Under the pieces are notes generated by a model that made no database searches, was not told the origin of the DNA, and saw nothing but the letters and a program-made list of their open reading frames with translations. This document shows, piece after piece, positions 1-11,774 of a DNA stretch of 64,000 bases (positions within the stretch are counted from its first letter, which is position 1; the number at the start of each line of letters is the position of its first letter). A program made the position numbers and the translations under genes. The DNA is from Marsupella aquatica (lineage: Eukaryota > Plantae > Marchantiophyta): positions 1-64,000 of the forward strand of contig OZ316900.1 in the NCBI GenBank assembly GCA_973895155.1. Reading direction: 5' to 3'.

Positions 1-331
1 TTCGACCCGCCGAACTCTCTGGCCCAAAGTCCGTAGCACCTCGCACGGCAAGTCTCGTGCCCTTTGGGCCCGCCGACGGGTCTTCGCGTGCTGAAATCAT
101 CAAGCCATTTCCGGCCTATTGATTGACCCCGCCAAATAAGTATCCTTCGGACGGACCGGTCGAGTGTATCGCTCTGGTTGGCCCTCTCCCCTATCGTGCC
201 TCCGGCCCTCAGTGATGCTTTTATGGCATGCTTCGGTTCCTCCGCCGTTACCAGCTTCCAGTAAGCCATATACCCCTCGTGTGAAGTTCGGCCACACACG
301 TTTATGACTGTAGGTAACCTAACGGCCGCCC
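1..331 (-). other. Group II intron nad3i140g2 (5' part; continues beyond the window start)
   Basis: Begins GGGCGGCCGTTAG exactly after nt 140 of nad3 (…TGT GGT TTT GA|). Same 5' end as the nad2 intron. Confidence 0.85.
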
Positions 332-471
332 TCAAAACCACATTCGTAAGCTGACAATTTCTCTGGGTAAGCCAAACTGGAAGAAGAAGCGAATAGAAAA
401 GAAACACCAATTAAGATCAAGGAAAGTAGCAAACTGATTACTAAATAGACAAAAATAGGTGCAAATTCCAT
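332..471 (-). CDS. nad3: NADH dehydrogenase subunit 3, exon 1 (140 nt)
   Basis: MEFAPIFVYLVISLLLSLILIGVSFLFASSSSLAYPEKLSAYECGF is the Nad3 N-terminus; 46 codons + 2 nt, then a group II 5' end. Confidence 0.95.
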
Positions 472-494
472 GAACCAAGAACCACTTTTTTTGA

Positions 495-567
495 AGGAGA
501 ATAGTTCCAATGGTAGAACAATGGTCTCCAAAACCAAAGGTTAAGGGTTCGAATCCCTTTTCTCCTG
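495..567 (+). tRNA. trnW: tRNA-Trp(CCA)
   Basis: Cloverleaf AGGAGAA…TTCTCCT, anticodon loop CT CCA AA, GTTCGAATCC T-loop. Confidence 0.95.
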
Positions 568-935
568 ATTTGACAACGAATGCGGAAACCCGAGGCGCTA
601 AGCGCTTGTTTCTCCCATCCCGAATTCCGGAAAGGAAGCGTCGTTGCGTAGGGGGCGCGGTTACGATTATAACTAAAAAATGAGAGACTTTACAAACTCC
701 CAACGACAAATTGCCCATGCTCTACCTTTCTTATAAGCCACGGCTACCCGGTACCCGGAGGGGGGAGGGGTGAAGCAAATAGCTGCTTTGCCCCTCTCCT
801 TTTCTTATGATTGATGAATCGCTAAGAAGCTCCGCGTACATTTATGGCGAGAGGTAGCCAGTTGACTACTAATTTGCTCAGTGATGTTTTTTTGTTGTAC
901 AATAGCAGAAAGTAGACCTGGGTCGATAGATTTCA

Positions 936-1150
936 TTTCAATAGCTCTTGCTCATAGTGTGTTGTGAGAACGACGGGTATTTGGTCTAAGTAACCTTTGA
1001 CAGCTGCATAAATAACCACGATTTGTTTTTCAATAGGAATTGGACGGCTATATCGTGGTTGTTCAAGTATCTTAGTTGACCTAGCCTCACGATTATTCAA
1101 TAAATACTGAGTCGCAGCATCGAGATTTGAACCAAATCGAGCAAAATCGA
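936..1150 (-). pseudogene. atp1: Degenerate 3' fragment of atp1
   Basis: FARFGSNLDAATQYLLN…EQPRYSRPIPIEKQIVVIYAAVKGYLDQIP resembles the ATP synthase alpha C-terminus (FAQFGSDLDAATQ…KQPQY..LPIEKQI.VIYAAV.G). Confidence 0.85.
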
Positions 1151-1162
1151 GCAAAAGGTAAA

Positions 1163-1698
1163 GGGTGGCCTCTTGGATGTAAGACCAGAGGGCCACGAAA
1201 TCAGAAAGCCTTTTATGCACTACGGGCCTGCGGAGAGCTAAAGCCTTGAGGGGGGATTTCTCTATATATGATAGATAATCAGCCGCGAAAACAAATATTT
1301 TTTTTCGTGCTGCGCCCCCCCGAGAAATCATTAGGCTCATAAACATAGGCAAAGTGCCATTTGATGAGTAACTAAAAACAGGGGAGAGGGATATAGAAAG
1401 AAAAAAGTGATGAGAAAGACAGTGATTGCTAGTAGTAAGGATTTTTCACGATCCATGGGTTTATATAAAATCCATGTTTCGGGTGTATCAAAATACATTA
1501 TTTTCACAAAGCGTATATAATAAAAACAACTGATAACGCTAGTAACTACTCCTATTAGGGCTGGTAGGTAGGCCCCACAGCCTAAAGCGGCAAAAAACAA
1601 ATAGAATTTGCTACGAAATCCAGCTAATGGGGGTATTCCTGCGTATGAGAACATAGTAATAGACAGGGTAATAGCTAAAATAGGATTAGTTTTGGCTA
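1163..1698 (-). repeat. ~535 bp near-identical direct copy of the nad2 3' end plus downstream DNA (other copy 25705..26240)
   Basis: Line-by-line match at constant offset 24542, with very few differences (e.g. gggctggtagg vs gggctagtagg). Confidence 0.95.
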
Positions 1699-2852
1699 GA
1701 ACAACAAAGCCAGGCGCGTAGCGTTGCTCTTGGGAAAGTTAAAAAAAACAAATCGAAGATATTAAACGTAGGCTCAAAAAGGCTTTTGTTACGAGCTCCC
1801 CTGGCTGAAAGCCCTCCATGCTTTTGAATAAATACCGATTGTGGATCCTATGGAGTCTTTTCAGGGGCGTTAAGATCTTACATGGCCGCCTCCCCTTTTT
1901 TAAACTTTTCGTACTCGAACTTTTCCTGATCCAGCTCATACTTTTCCTTATTCAGCTCATACTTCCTATCATTTTAGGCGAGCTCTTCATCTTTCTGCTC
2001 CAGGGCTTGGTCTTTTCGAGCGTTTCCACGCTCATTTACATATATTTTATAACCGAAAAACCCCGGCTACAATGACAGCAATAGACGCCCCAGAATTTTA
2101 ATAGACCCAATCAGTTGCTCATTGTCCCGCCGCGGATTTACCGACGGCCCCAGCGTCGGCAGATCCACCATCACCGGGTGCTTCTCTCGCAACTGAAGCA
2201 TGAGAAGGCCTTGTAAAAAACGGGAAGGTCACTGATTTAAGAGGATTTGTTCGATAGTTTATTTACAAAAAAAGACCCGATAAACTCTTCAATATTACCC
2301 TTGTAGCCGGCCGACTGTTGCTCAATAGCACCTCGGAGCTGACTCAATATAAAATCCCACGTTATTATTTTTTGTGAATTCTTGGTGATTTGAAACACCA
2401 AAAAATCGCGTCTTAATCGATAGTATATTATTATAAACACAGTTACTATTTTTGCTAAAACACTTACGAGTTCATTACTGGAAGGAAATATGAAAATAGC
2501 ATAAATAAGTTGAGAAAAGGTCAAAAATTATAAAACCCCAGAAGGGCAAAACGTTCGCTCGAAGCATAGAATTTTTAACAAAATGAACTGGAACACTGTA
2601 GAATTTGTTTGACGGATATATTATACGAAATTATGGGTTTGCAGTTTGTGACTGACTCCAAGTCCGAAGTATATCAAGAGAGTTATAATGGTGGCTAAGA
2701 TTGAGACCGTTCTTAAAATAGCATAAGTTTCAAAATATAAAACGGAATACTGGGAATAGGTAACGAGAATGAGCCGGCTAATGTGGTATTCGGCCATTCC
2801 GGCCAGTGCTGATAGTGATTCCTTCAGAATATTTGCTTTTTCTTTGTCTAAT

Positions 2853-3266
2853 TCAATAAGGTATTTGGCCATTTGACCAGTGCTGTCGGATAATATTCAA
2901 TAAAGCTAAGAAAGCTGCACAGAGTAACATAATAATTCCGGAAGTATACACTTTGGATAATTCTAGGAAAAGACCCGAATCCCACAATAAATGACGAACT
3001 CCATTACTCATATGATAGCACAACGCTAATAAAGTGAAATTGACTAAGCTTATAATGACCCAATTCAAATAAAGAGTGAGAAGGAAGAAATACTGGTAAA
3101 AATCAAAAAACGTGAGGCTGAGATCACCTATTTTGAAAAAAAAAATACTGAACAAAACCATAGTGGCCAAGAACGCCCCGGATATTCTATGGAAAATAGA
3201 AAACGTCGAAGTAAGCTGCGGCTTATAGATGGTAAGGTGGGGTGATAACGGTCGATTTATTTTCAT
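2853..3266 (-). CDS. sdh3: Succinate dehydrogenase subunit 3 (137 aa)
   Basis: MKINRPLSPHLTIYKPQLTSTFSIFHRISG…HMSNGVRHLLWD. Start taken at ATG 3266, because the longer ORF runs through trnP. Confidence 0.96.
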   Translation of the reverse strand: MKINRPLSPHLTIYKPQLTSTFSIFHRISGAFLATMVLFSIFFFKIGDLSLTFFDFYQYFFLLTLYLNWVIISLVNFTLLALCYHMSNGVRHLLWDSGLFLELSKVYTSGIIMLLCAAFLALLNIIRQHWSNGQIPY

Positions 3267-3291
3267 CTTTTTAGTTGACTCCGATTTTGAT

Positions 3292-3365
3292 TCAAGGTGA
3301 CAGGATTTGAACCTGTAACTTTCTGCGCCCAAGGCAGACGCGCTACCAGATTGCGCTACACCTTG
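3292..3365 (-). tRNA. trnP: tRNA-Pro(UGG)
   Basis: CAAGGTGTAGCGCAATCTGGTAGCGCGTCTGCCTTGGGCGCAGA…GGTTCAAATCCTGTCACCTTGA. Confidence 0.95.
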
Positions 3366-6300
3366 CTTGGCTCGCCCAAAGAATATTATATGAATGCTTA
3401 GAATTTGATTGATCAGCATTGGTAATGGGAAAGGCTAAGAAAAAAGAAAGATATTTTTGGCCTCACGGACGTGTATTAGTTCTTCAGCCATAGGTGCGCT
3501 CAAGTCCGTAAGAGTCCGAGTCGGTCATTGTCTGCCTTATCGATTTGCTTGAAAATGCGATTTATTATGTAATTGCATTTCCAAGTATCGTTGTAATCGC
3601 AGTATTAAAGTATCATTGGAATATACGAGGAATTTTCCGGTTATGCCATTAACTATGTAATTCCATGATGAATAGGGAAGAGGAACCCTCATGGATAAAG
3701 GCTGAATCCGATGAATCCTCATAGAGAAATATGGTAGGTAATAGGAGGCGATAAGGGACCCGATGAAGAAGTAAAATCCGAAACCTTCGGCCCTTCGGTC
3801 CGTGCGTAGCACCTCCCCCTATAGTTGTCTCGTGCCCTTCATCAGGTCTTTCTTCCGTAAAGAAGTATCCCGTCTGAAAGTGCTTACGCACCTCCTCCTC
3901 CGTCCGGCGGCGGAGGACCCATAGGCACGGAGTGCGCGGGGAGGGTGTTCGGGCTTGTAGATTGAAGTACTATGTGCCTTCCTTCTCAGCCATTTCAGCT
4001 CGCGGCATCCCTTTCTTGTTTTTTCGTCAATTTTTGTTCTCTCTTATGTCCGACTGACAGTCCCCGGTCGGCTTTGGGGCCCTTGAATTCCTTCATAGTA
4101 AGTCCAACAGACTCCCTTTCCGAATCCAAGAGCCCCTGCTGGAGCATGGCGTTGTTCTACAGTTGTCACCTTCTCTCCGTCGGACGGATTCATTACCAAA
4201 GTAGCACGACGGTGGATCCACATCTATGATCCGGCGTCGGAACCCACTACCAACGCCCCCCTTTTTCCCTAACAGCGCGCTTAACAGAATTAAAGGAGCC
4301 GGCCCTGCTTAGGGGAATGATCCGGTTTGTAATGAAAGGGCTCCTAATAGTTGTTTGTTATTTCTCTGGTAATCCGACTTTTGAGACTCCGAAGCAAGTA
4401 GACTTCTTTGGTTTCACCGGCCCCTTATCCGTGTGGATTCCAACCAACATATGCCCCCTTCTCCGTCGTCTACCAGCTCTTCAGAGGCCGGGGGCCTTCG
4501 CTGAGCAGCTATGTCAGGGGCGGGCCGCCGCGCAAGTAAGCTCGGTAAATTGTATTATACGTTCCGCTTCGAAGGACTCGATAGCCCGGAGCAAATCACT
4601 TAGCTCCGTGGCGAGAGGTCCCGGGTACGGGATTATGTATGACCCGGCGACATGAGCGATGAATGGGCGACGAGGAAGGTAGACCCTTGATCCTATTCAT
4701 GAGACGCTCACCTTCTATTATCTGCTTTGGAACTGCCATGTCTCCTCGAGAAACTTCGAAGGCAGATATAAGGACAAGCAATTCCGCAATCAACTAGACT
4801 TGTTGGCTCAAAGGCATTCGTGTTCAGTTCGCGGAGTGTTGGAGTCATGGAAATCCGAGGAAGCTTATTGTCTCGGCTTCAGGTATGGACATAGCGTATC
4901 CCAGGTTCCCTCTATCGGATCATGTAGTAGGAATGAGTCTATCCCATCGTAATTACAAAGGTTTCCAACGGGATTATTTACTAGGATGTCAAGGTCCCTT
5001 CTTAGTTTTATTTACAAAAAGTTGAAGTCGAGTTTCCCGACTTGAAAAAAATTAGTCATTCAAAAATTCTCAGTATTTAGTAGTATCAGTTCTCATTCTG
5101 AACCTAATAATTATTACTATCCTTAATATCTTGTCTAATAATAGTAATTTCATCTTACGTATAAAAGAAAGGGGATCGAAGTTCGTTCCTGGACCATATA
5201 GAGAGAGATAAATAAATAAATGAAATAAAGAAATATATATATATCTATTTGGCCCGTAAGCAACTATTCTATATGAATCGCCACGTATATATATATATAT
5301 ATATGTAATGTTCCAATCTTTCAAATTGCGATGGTGGAACAAAGCGAATATACTCGCTCTTCGAAAATTATCGGTGGCTCCCCCGTCGCGCTTGCCGGGA
5401 AAAGAGGGCGCCACTGTGCGCCTTTCGGCCCCCCCCCCACTTTCACTCGGGGGCGACAGAACGGGAAAAAGGGTTGCTCTGTTCATAAAAATGTATCAAT
5501 ATATGAGGCTAAGTACTAGGTACCCGTCAGCCACGAATAGAGAAACGATTAAGGAAAGGGCAAAAAGTCAGTCGACCAAAGAAGCACATAATACGGCCTG
5601 AAAGATGCGTGCGAGTAGGCGGCGGAAAAACTTAATCTTATATTAATCGACCTGACACTAAGGGCTATATAAAAGCAGACGTGAGCCTCATCACACGGGA
5701 TATCTGCTTGGATAACTTTTGCCATTCCATAATCTATCAAAGGTTTATTTTCCTACTTAGCGCTTAGGCCAAAAAGCTGCCGCAATGGATATCCCTGGCC
5801 GCCTTGTAAGATGGATGACGAAAGGCTCACATACAACCGCCGCGGCGGAGAGTGCTAAATAGACAACAAAGGAGCGGGGAGGAACGACTGACCAAAGAAC
5901 ACGAGAAACTTTGTGGGTCTGTCCGAAGGGCCGGGGACTGGCGGCTGACAGGGCCCCCGAGAGGTTGGACTGTCAGACAGGGGCCGGGGGGCTGTCGTCT
6001 CTTACGAACCGTACCGGGCCAATCTGCCCGAGTAAGAAGCTCGAACAGCGCCTCGGGGCGGCGAGGACGGAGGCGTCTGTCCCTCCCGACGCCTGATATC
6101 GCTCGCGCCTGGACGACCGATAACCGGTATAGGTCCTGCGCGAGAAAAAGTACAAGTCCACGATGCACCAAGGCTGGCGCACTTATCTGGGTTCTGCAAT
6201 AAGGACCGAACAAAGAAAGGGGTTCTTATTTTCCATCAAAATGCCTAAAACCCTCCTCCGGACCTTGTTCCCCATCCATCAACTTTAAAAACCCCGCCTT

Positions 6301-6898
6301 CGCCGTATACGCTGCATCATCTTCCGATTCAGCAGCTTTTGAAACCAAAAGATTATGCATTTCAAAAGATTATGCAGTTTTTTTTTTCTCCCTATATTTA
6401 GAGCAGTGTATCTATCAGGTAAAGAAAAAGCACAAGGCCCGTGGCCCCATACGACATCACATTACGTAAAACACAGGCCCGTAGGGTCCGAAACGTAATC
6501 GGCCAAAAAACGACCGAACTAGCGATGGCGAATCGCCGAATCAAACCTCTTAGGGCCAAAGGGCACACTTCTTTGTCTTAGGTCCTCCGGCCAGAAATGG
6601 CTTTACCGCGCACGATACCCGAATACGCTCCCTGCGCACTAGGTGGTGCCACCCATGCCCCCCCCGTGCTCAATGGGCCATAGGTTATGCGTCTGGCCTT
6701 TGCCAAAAGAGGTTCGGCAAAGGTCGTTGACCGGCAGCCTGGCAATCCCCGCCGAGTCGGATAATCGGATTTAAATACGGTCGGTTTCGAGTGAGTTAAC
6801 AGGGAAATAAAAAAAATTGCGTGAAATACTTTAATTGATAAGGTGTAGAACGTCCTACATAACATTTATTTGGTCTCACCCTTTCCCACTGATTCGGT

Positions 6899-6971
6899 CT
6901 CTCTAGGTTGGATTCGAACCAACGACCCAATAGTTAACAGCCATTTGCTCTAACCGCTGAGCTACTAGAGA
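6899..6971 (-). tRNA. trnN: tRNA-Asn(GUU)
   Basis: TCTCTAGTAGCTCAGCGGTTAGAGCAAATGGCTGTTAACTATTGGGTCGTTGGTTCGAATCCAACCTAGAGAG. Confidence 0.95.
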
Positions 6972-8373
6972 ATAAGCAGCGAAGGAACGAATCGGAAAAA
7001 AAAAAAAATAAATTATGGAGCCTTATACAAGCGTCGATTTTAGTCCGCGCCTCTTTCAACTGGATGAAGGTGGAGGGACCGCCGGGCCCGACGGCCCGGG
7101 AACGGTGAAAGAGTCGCGAACCGATTCAGGTTCGTATAGAACTCCAGCGGATTGCACTACGCGTGTTTTGTTGAAGAAACTGAATAAATCCTAGTAAAAC
7201 TTTTTGCGGTCTATAGGATTTGACACATCATTGACATATTCCAAAATGCCGTAGCGGGGGGGGGAAATGGAAAATAGAGATTTTTACTTATATTTATTTG
7301 CCCTTTCTTTGTCTGACGGGTAGCTCGCGTAAGAACTGATGCCGGGGGGCCTTTGTTATAGATATATCTATATATTTCTCTATTCGAAACTTAAAAATAG
7401 GAGTCAATTCAGTCGCGGTCCCCCTGCGGCGGGCGGTTATCTTAATGGCGTTCCCCGACGAATTAGGACTTAGAATTTCTGAAAAATTCGAGACTAGGGG
7501 ATAAACCACTTCAAGCCCCCAATGTTGCATAAGCCGAAGCTACCCACGTAAACGGAGGCACGTAGTGCTTCTTCTTTATCAGCCATTCCTAGAAGTTTCT
7601 GTTGGTCGAGTGTCAAAAAAGATATTTTTAACTCTTCCCGAGCACGTAGCGCCTCTCTCTAAGGTCCCCCCCCCGGCTAAAGCCAATTTCTATTTCTTTT
7701 ATTCCCCGCCCCACGGGCCTTTCTTTGTATCCCGGTGCTCGACACCGCCGAGGTCGTATACACTGCAATAACCCGGTCAGTTATCCATACCACCCGATGA
7801 TGGTCATGGGCGGGCACTCGATCTGCCGTTTAAAATACGGGAGGGCCGTAGGCCCGGTTGTTGTTGCTGCGCAGTTTTTTCCCCAGAGCCTATAGGTAGG
7901 GCTCTCCACGACTACTCATCAGCAGGTTCTGAAAGGAAAGAGCCGTAGCCCTTGTGAGGGGATTAGTTAGTTTAGCTGTCATAACTTTTTTCAGAATTAT
8001 TCAAAGATTTACTGGCTACGTGCTTAGCGGATCTATACTTTTTGTAATAATATTTTGCTCCCGTTCCGAGTTTATATACGAGCAAAGTAGCGCCCCCTGC
8101 GGCGGGACCTGGAGTAGCTAGTGCCAACTGTATGTAAGTTGGCTAAAGGCTTCAGGTTAACCAATTTATACACAAATAGCGAGAATTGAGCAATAAATAA
8201 CTTATTAGTGAGGGGCTACACTGGCGGCGTTTACACCAAGACTGGCGGCGTTTACACCAAGCGCGATCTGCCGGGTTGTTTCTTAACCGGGCGCATGTGC
8301 AAGGGGTAATTTATTAGGAGATCCCAAACTTATCCAGTTTTGGTATAGGTCCCGCCGCTGCAGGGCAGGCCTA

Positions 8374-8565
8374 GGATTTCCAAGCATTTGGTACGCTCGA
8401 GGCTCATAGTGACGAAATGAACGCCGAAGCGATACTAAACTGATAGTTAGTCGCATAAACAAAGATGAATTGGTAGATAGAAAATGCAAGTTCCCTATAT
8501 GAATCAATTTAATAATTGCAAATTGTTTTAGCGGACTCCAAGCCATATGATTAATTTTATTTTTT
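8374..8565 (-). pseudogene. atp6: Degenerate copy of the atp6 5' end
   Basis: MAWSPLKQFAIIKLIHIGNLHFLSTNSSLFMRLTISLV aligns to atp6 MACSPLEQFAIIQLIPIHIGNLHLPFTNSSLFMLLTIGLV; DNA aligns to ~14245..14445. Confidence 0.9.
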
Positions 8566-8757
8566 ACGATCCTTAGCAAGGCGAAACCATCAAGCCGCTT
8601 CGTGGCCTGATGGATTTCAAGCCCAAGTCTTGGAAGGAGAAGCCCTACGGGCTTTACTCGAGGATAAAGAGAAAGATAAACCCGAGTTCCAGACAACCTC
8701 ATTTGAAATTCTAATTGATACCATTATGTTTCACCAAAAAACGAATTGACAGCATTT

Positions 8758-9357
8758 TCAACGAACTTTTCTGATAGTATTCCGAAAATCTATAGCATTT
8801 TGTATGAAAACATCCTGACGTTTGACCCTAGTCGTTTTATGCATCGTAAGTACTATTGCCCCAATAAGTGCTACTAATAAAATTAGACTAGAAACCAGAA
8901 ACAGGAAAAAATAGGTTGTATAAAGTAAATTGCCTAATGTCTCCAAATTAGTCCAACTATGTATCTTTCCAGCATAAACTGTATATGTTAGGTAGGTCGC
9001 ACCCGATTTCGTTGGTAATATTGGGATGTAATCATTATCTACCATTAGAAAGATTTCCAACAAAAAAATAAGTCCAATAATACCACCTACAGGTAAATAG
9101 CGCAATACATTCTCGTGAATTTCTTCTATCCTTATATGTAACATCATAACGACAAACAAGAATAAAACGGCAATAGCCCCTACATAAACCACTAGGAAAA
9201 TCATAGCAAAGAAATCAAGACCTAACAAAACGAGTAAACCAGAAGTATTGCGAAAAACTAGGATTGAAAATGAAACAGAATGAACTGGATTTTTGGCACG
9301 TATCACCATAGCGCCTGACACTAAAGCGAGGACCACAAAAACATAAAAAAGTATCGT
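8758..9357 (-). CDS. nad6: NADH dehydrogenase subunit 6 (199 aa; ACG start needs C-to-U editing)
   Basis: (T/M)ILFYVFVVLALVSGAMVIRAKNPVHSV…FLVVYVGAIAVLFLFVVMML. ACG lies at the homologous start position; 600 nt to TGA. Confidence 0.95.
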   Translation of the reverse strand, partial: TILFYVFVVLALVSGAMVIRAKNPVHSVSFSILVFRNTSGLLVLLGLDFFAMIFLVVYVGAIAVLFLFVVMMLHIRIEEIHENVLRYLPVGGIIGLIFLLEIFLMVDNDYIPILPTKSGATYLTYTVYAGKIHSWTNLETLGNLLYTTYFFLFLVSSLILLVALIGAIVLTMHKTTRVKRQDVFIQNAIDFRNTIRKVR

Positions 9358-11774
9358 GGTGAAATTTTCCCCTTTTATTTTATTAGCTGTGAACAAAAAA
9401 TCTATATTTTTGATGCGAACCGCATCGTCAGCCCGAAATTTTCCAACGACGTACATATATATGTCTGAGATCTTTCCATCACGGCATTCGGCACGCTGAT
9501 TATGAGTCCCAACTTCACTAACGGGAGATTACACACATCGCGAGCTAGCCGCTTTGAACTTCCACGAAATAGTTTCTACGAACCTCTTAAAGGGAGGAGG
9601 GGCCCGGCGTAGCAGCCGCACGCACCCTGTTATTTCTGCAAATCAACAAGAAGAGTTGACGAGCAGCTCTGTCATTTGCTCGCGAGCTTAGTATCGCTAA
9701 TCTCTTTTTCGTTTATTCAGACAAAGCCCTCGGGCCTCTACCCATTAGGTTAGAGGCCCGGAGGAGGTTTGACCCGAACCCTTTGGCCCGGCGGGACGAC
9801 TATAGAGAGAGGTGCTACGCACTTCGTGGGCGGTCGCGCACTCCGTGCCTATAATATCGTGGCCTTTGGGTCGCCGGTTAATGCCCTATCCCGCGTAATA
9901 GGAACTGTTAGGATTCGAACCCGGCCGCGGGTTTAGACTTTGTCTTTCCTTCGTACCCGGGGGGCCTTCCACCAGACCCACAATTCCGGGTGTACCCGGG
10001 CGAGGATACAGTAATGAACGTAGAAAAAGAAATCCTTATTTTGTGATCTGGTAAACTAAAACCTAAGGTCTCGAAACTAGCACCCAAACAATTGAAAAAC
10101 GACTAAGCCAAAAACATAGTCATGTGCTTAAGGATTCTAGCAAAAATATGGAACAGAGAGGGATCGCTGTGAATAATAATAATAGCTATGATTTTACGCT
10201 GAAAGGACAATATACGTAAAGTCCTCCCACTAAACCACAGTATTAATTGATTAATACAAGGTTTCTGTTTTACGATGGTCAAGGTTCGCATTTCTTCCAT
10301 AGACTGAATTAGTACCAATTTTCTGGAAATGCCAGAAAGAGAACAGATTAAAAGCATTACCAAGAATTGGCGGGCGATATATACCAACAGCCTGGATCCG
10401 TGGCTGTTGAATCCATCGAAATATCCTACTGAGGGGAGGGGGGGGGCCACAAGGCCCACGGCGCTGCGGGTTAATTAACGCTGAGGCCACCGCAATCACC
10501 CCCGCCAGAGTCTAGTTGCTTGTAGCACTCGCTACGACGAGATGAACTCACACCGTGCCCTCGGGACCTACGCCAGGTTGTTCCGGCGCCAACATCGACG
10601 AAATGTGGATCGATCATCTTCATACCGCAAGGTACTCCCTCCCGCGTCGGTGCCTGCAAGCGCCGAGAAAGCTCTGGAATTAAATGGTTTTTTCATCGTC
10701 TCCGAAATGATTTTGATAACCAAATGCGCAAGCCCATAGCTTGCGCCGATTCGACGCCGCGGCGGTATCCGCCCTCCCCAGGCAATTGGCGAAATCAGTA
10801 AGGGTTTTTGTATATTTTCCGTTACTGCGGTGATTTTTACTGGTACCATAGGGACCTACACTTCTATTCGACCCGATATTGTTGCTTGAGTTGCCAAATC
10901 GCCGGCACCGGGGGGGGCCGGAATACCCGAAACGAGAGTATTAAGAACTCGTACTGAGAAAGAGCCTCTCCCTAAGGTCCTGTGTCCTGGCAGTTTCTTT
11001 CTTTTCCTGTGAGTTTGCTTTTTTCCCCGTTTTTTCTTCCTCTCCCCCTCTTCTCAGTTCTTTGTCCGTTTCCGTCTGACAGACATAGTCCGGAGGCAAA
11101 GATAAAAAGTCCGGCTTTGGGGCCGCCCTTCGGCGGACCCAGAGAGCGCAGATACTGAAACTGACTCGGCGAAGACAGTAGCGGATTTGGTTCGTTGATA
11201 CAGCTCCGAGGAGACCCCGGCAATATCTGAGACTGTGGCAGATTCGGTCCGTTGATAAAGCTCAGAGACCGGTCCTTAGACCTTATCGACGGATCATCTC
11301 ATCCGCGGAAGCACTCCACGAACCAAACTCGTGTAGTAGTGCGAGCTGCCGCAAATTATGGAGCTCTTAGACATTCGGGACAGAGGAAACGCGATGCAAT
11401 CCCATTTCGCTGTCTCCGCCTGTCCCGTAAATAACATTCGGTAATTGTGATAGAGCCCTCCCTTCCAAGTCCTCTACCGTCTAGGAGGAAGTAGAGCCTT
11501 GATACGAGCGCCTCAATCGGCCAGCGAAATAATCGCGGTCGTAAGCCCGAAAATCCGATTAAATCGCGAAAATAAAAACCAGACTCCGTCCCTAGCCCGC
11601 CACAGCGAGCTAGGGACGGATTCAACGAAGAGTGCTGTTGCGTAGGCCCGTAACTCTAAAGCTGAGGCGATCATGAGTGAAACCAAAAGGGGAGGGTGTA
11701 TGTATTGTAAAAGGTCGTAATCTGCGACCTTCCAAGCATTATACCTTTTTACGAATAATTCGGTTTTACATTCG

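Noticed and set aside
1818-2075. Hydrophobic 85-aa plus-strand ORF (FLIQLIL repeats) as a membrane protein gene
   Set aside because: More likely the antisense shadow of the charged coiled-coil frame on the minus strand; no recognisable homology.
2621-2872. sdh4 next to sdh3
   Set aside because: Similar size, but none of the Sdh4 motifs I recall (e.g. FQRITA) are present.
3267-3419. N-terminal extension of sdh3 in the ORF track
   Set aside because: It overlaps trnP; the ATG at 3266 gives the expected 137 aa.
5827-6213. Overlapping ORFs on both strands in a GC-rich patch
   Set aside because: Expected by chance in GC-rich repeat DNA with few stop codons; no protein motifs.
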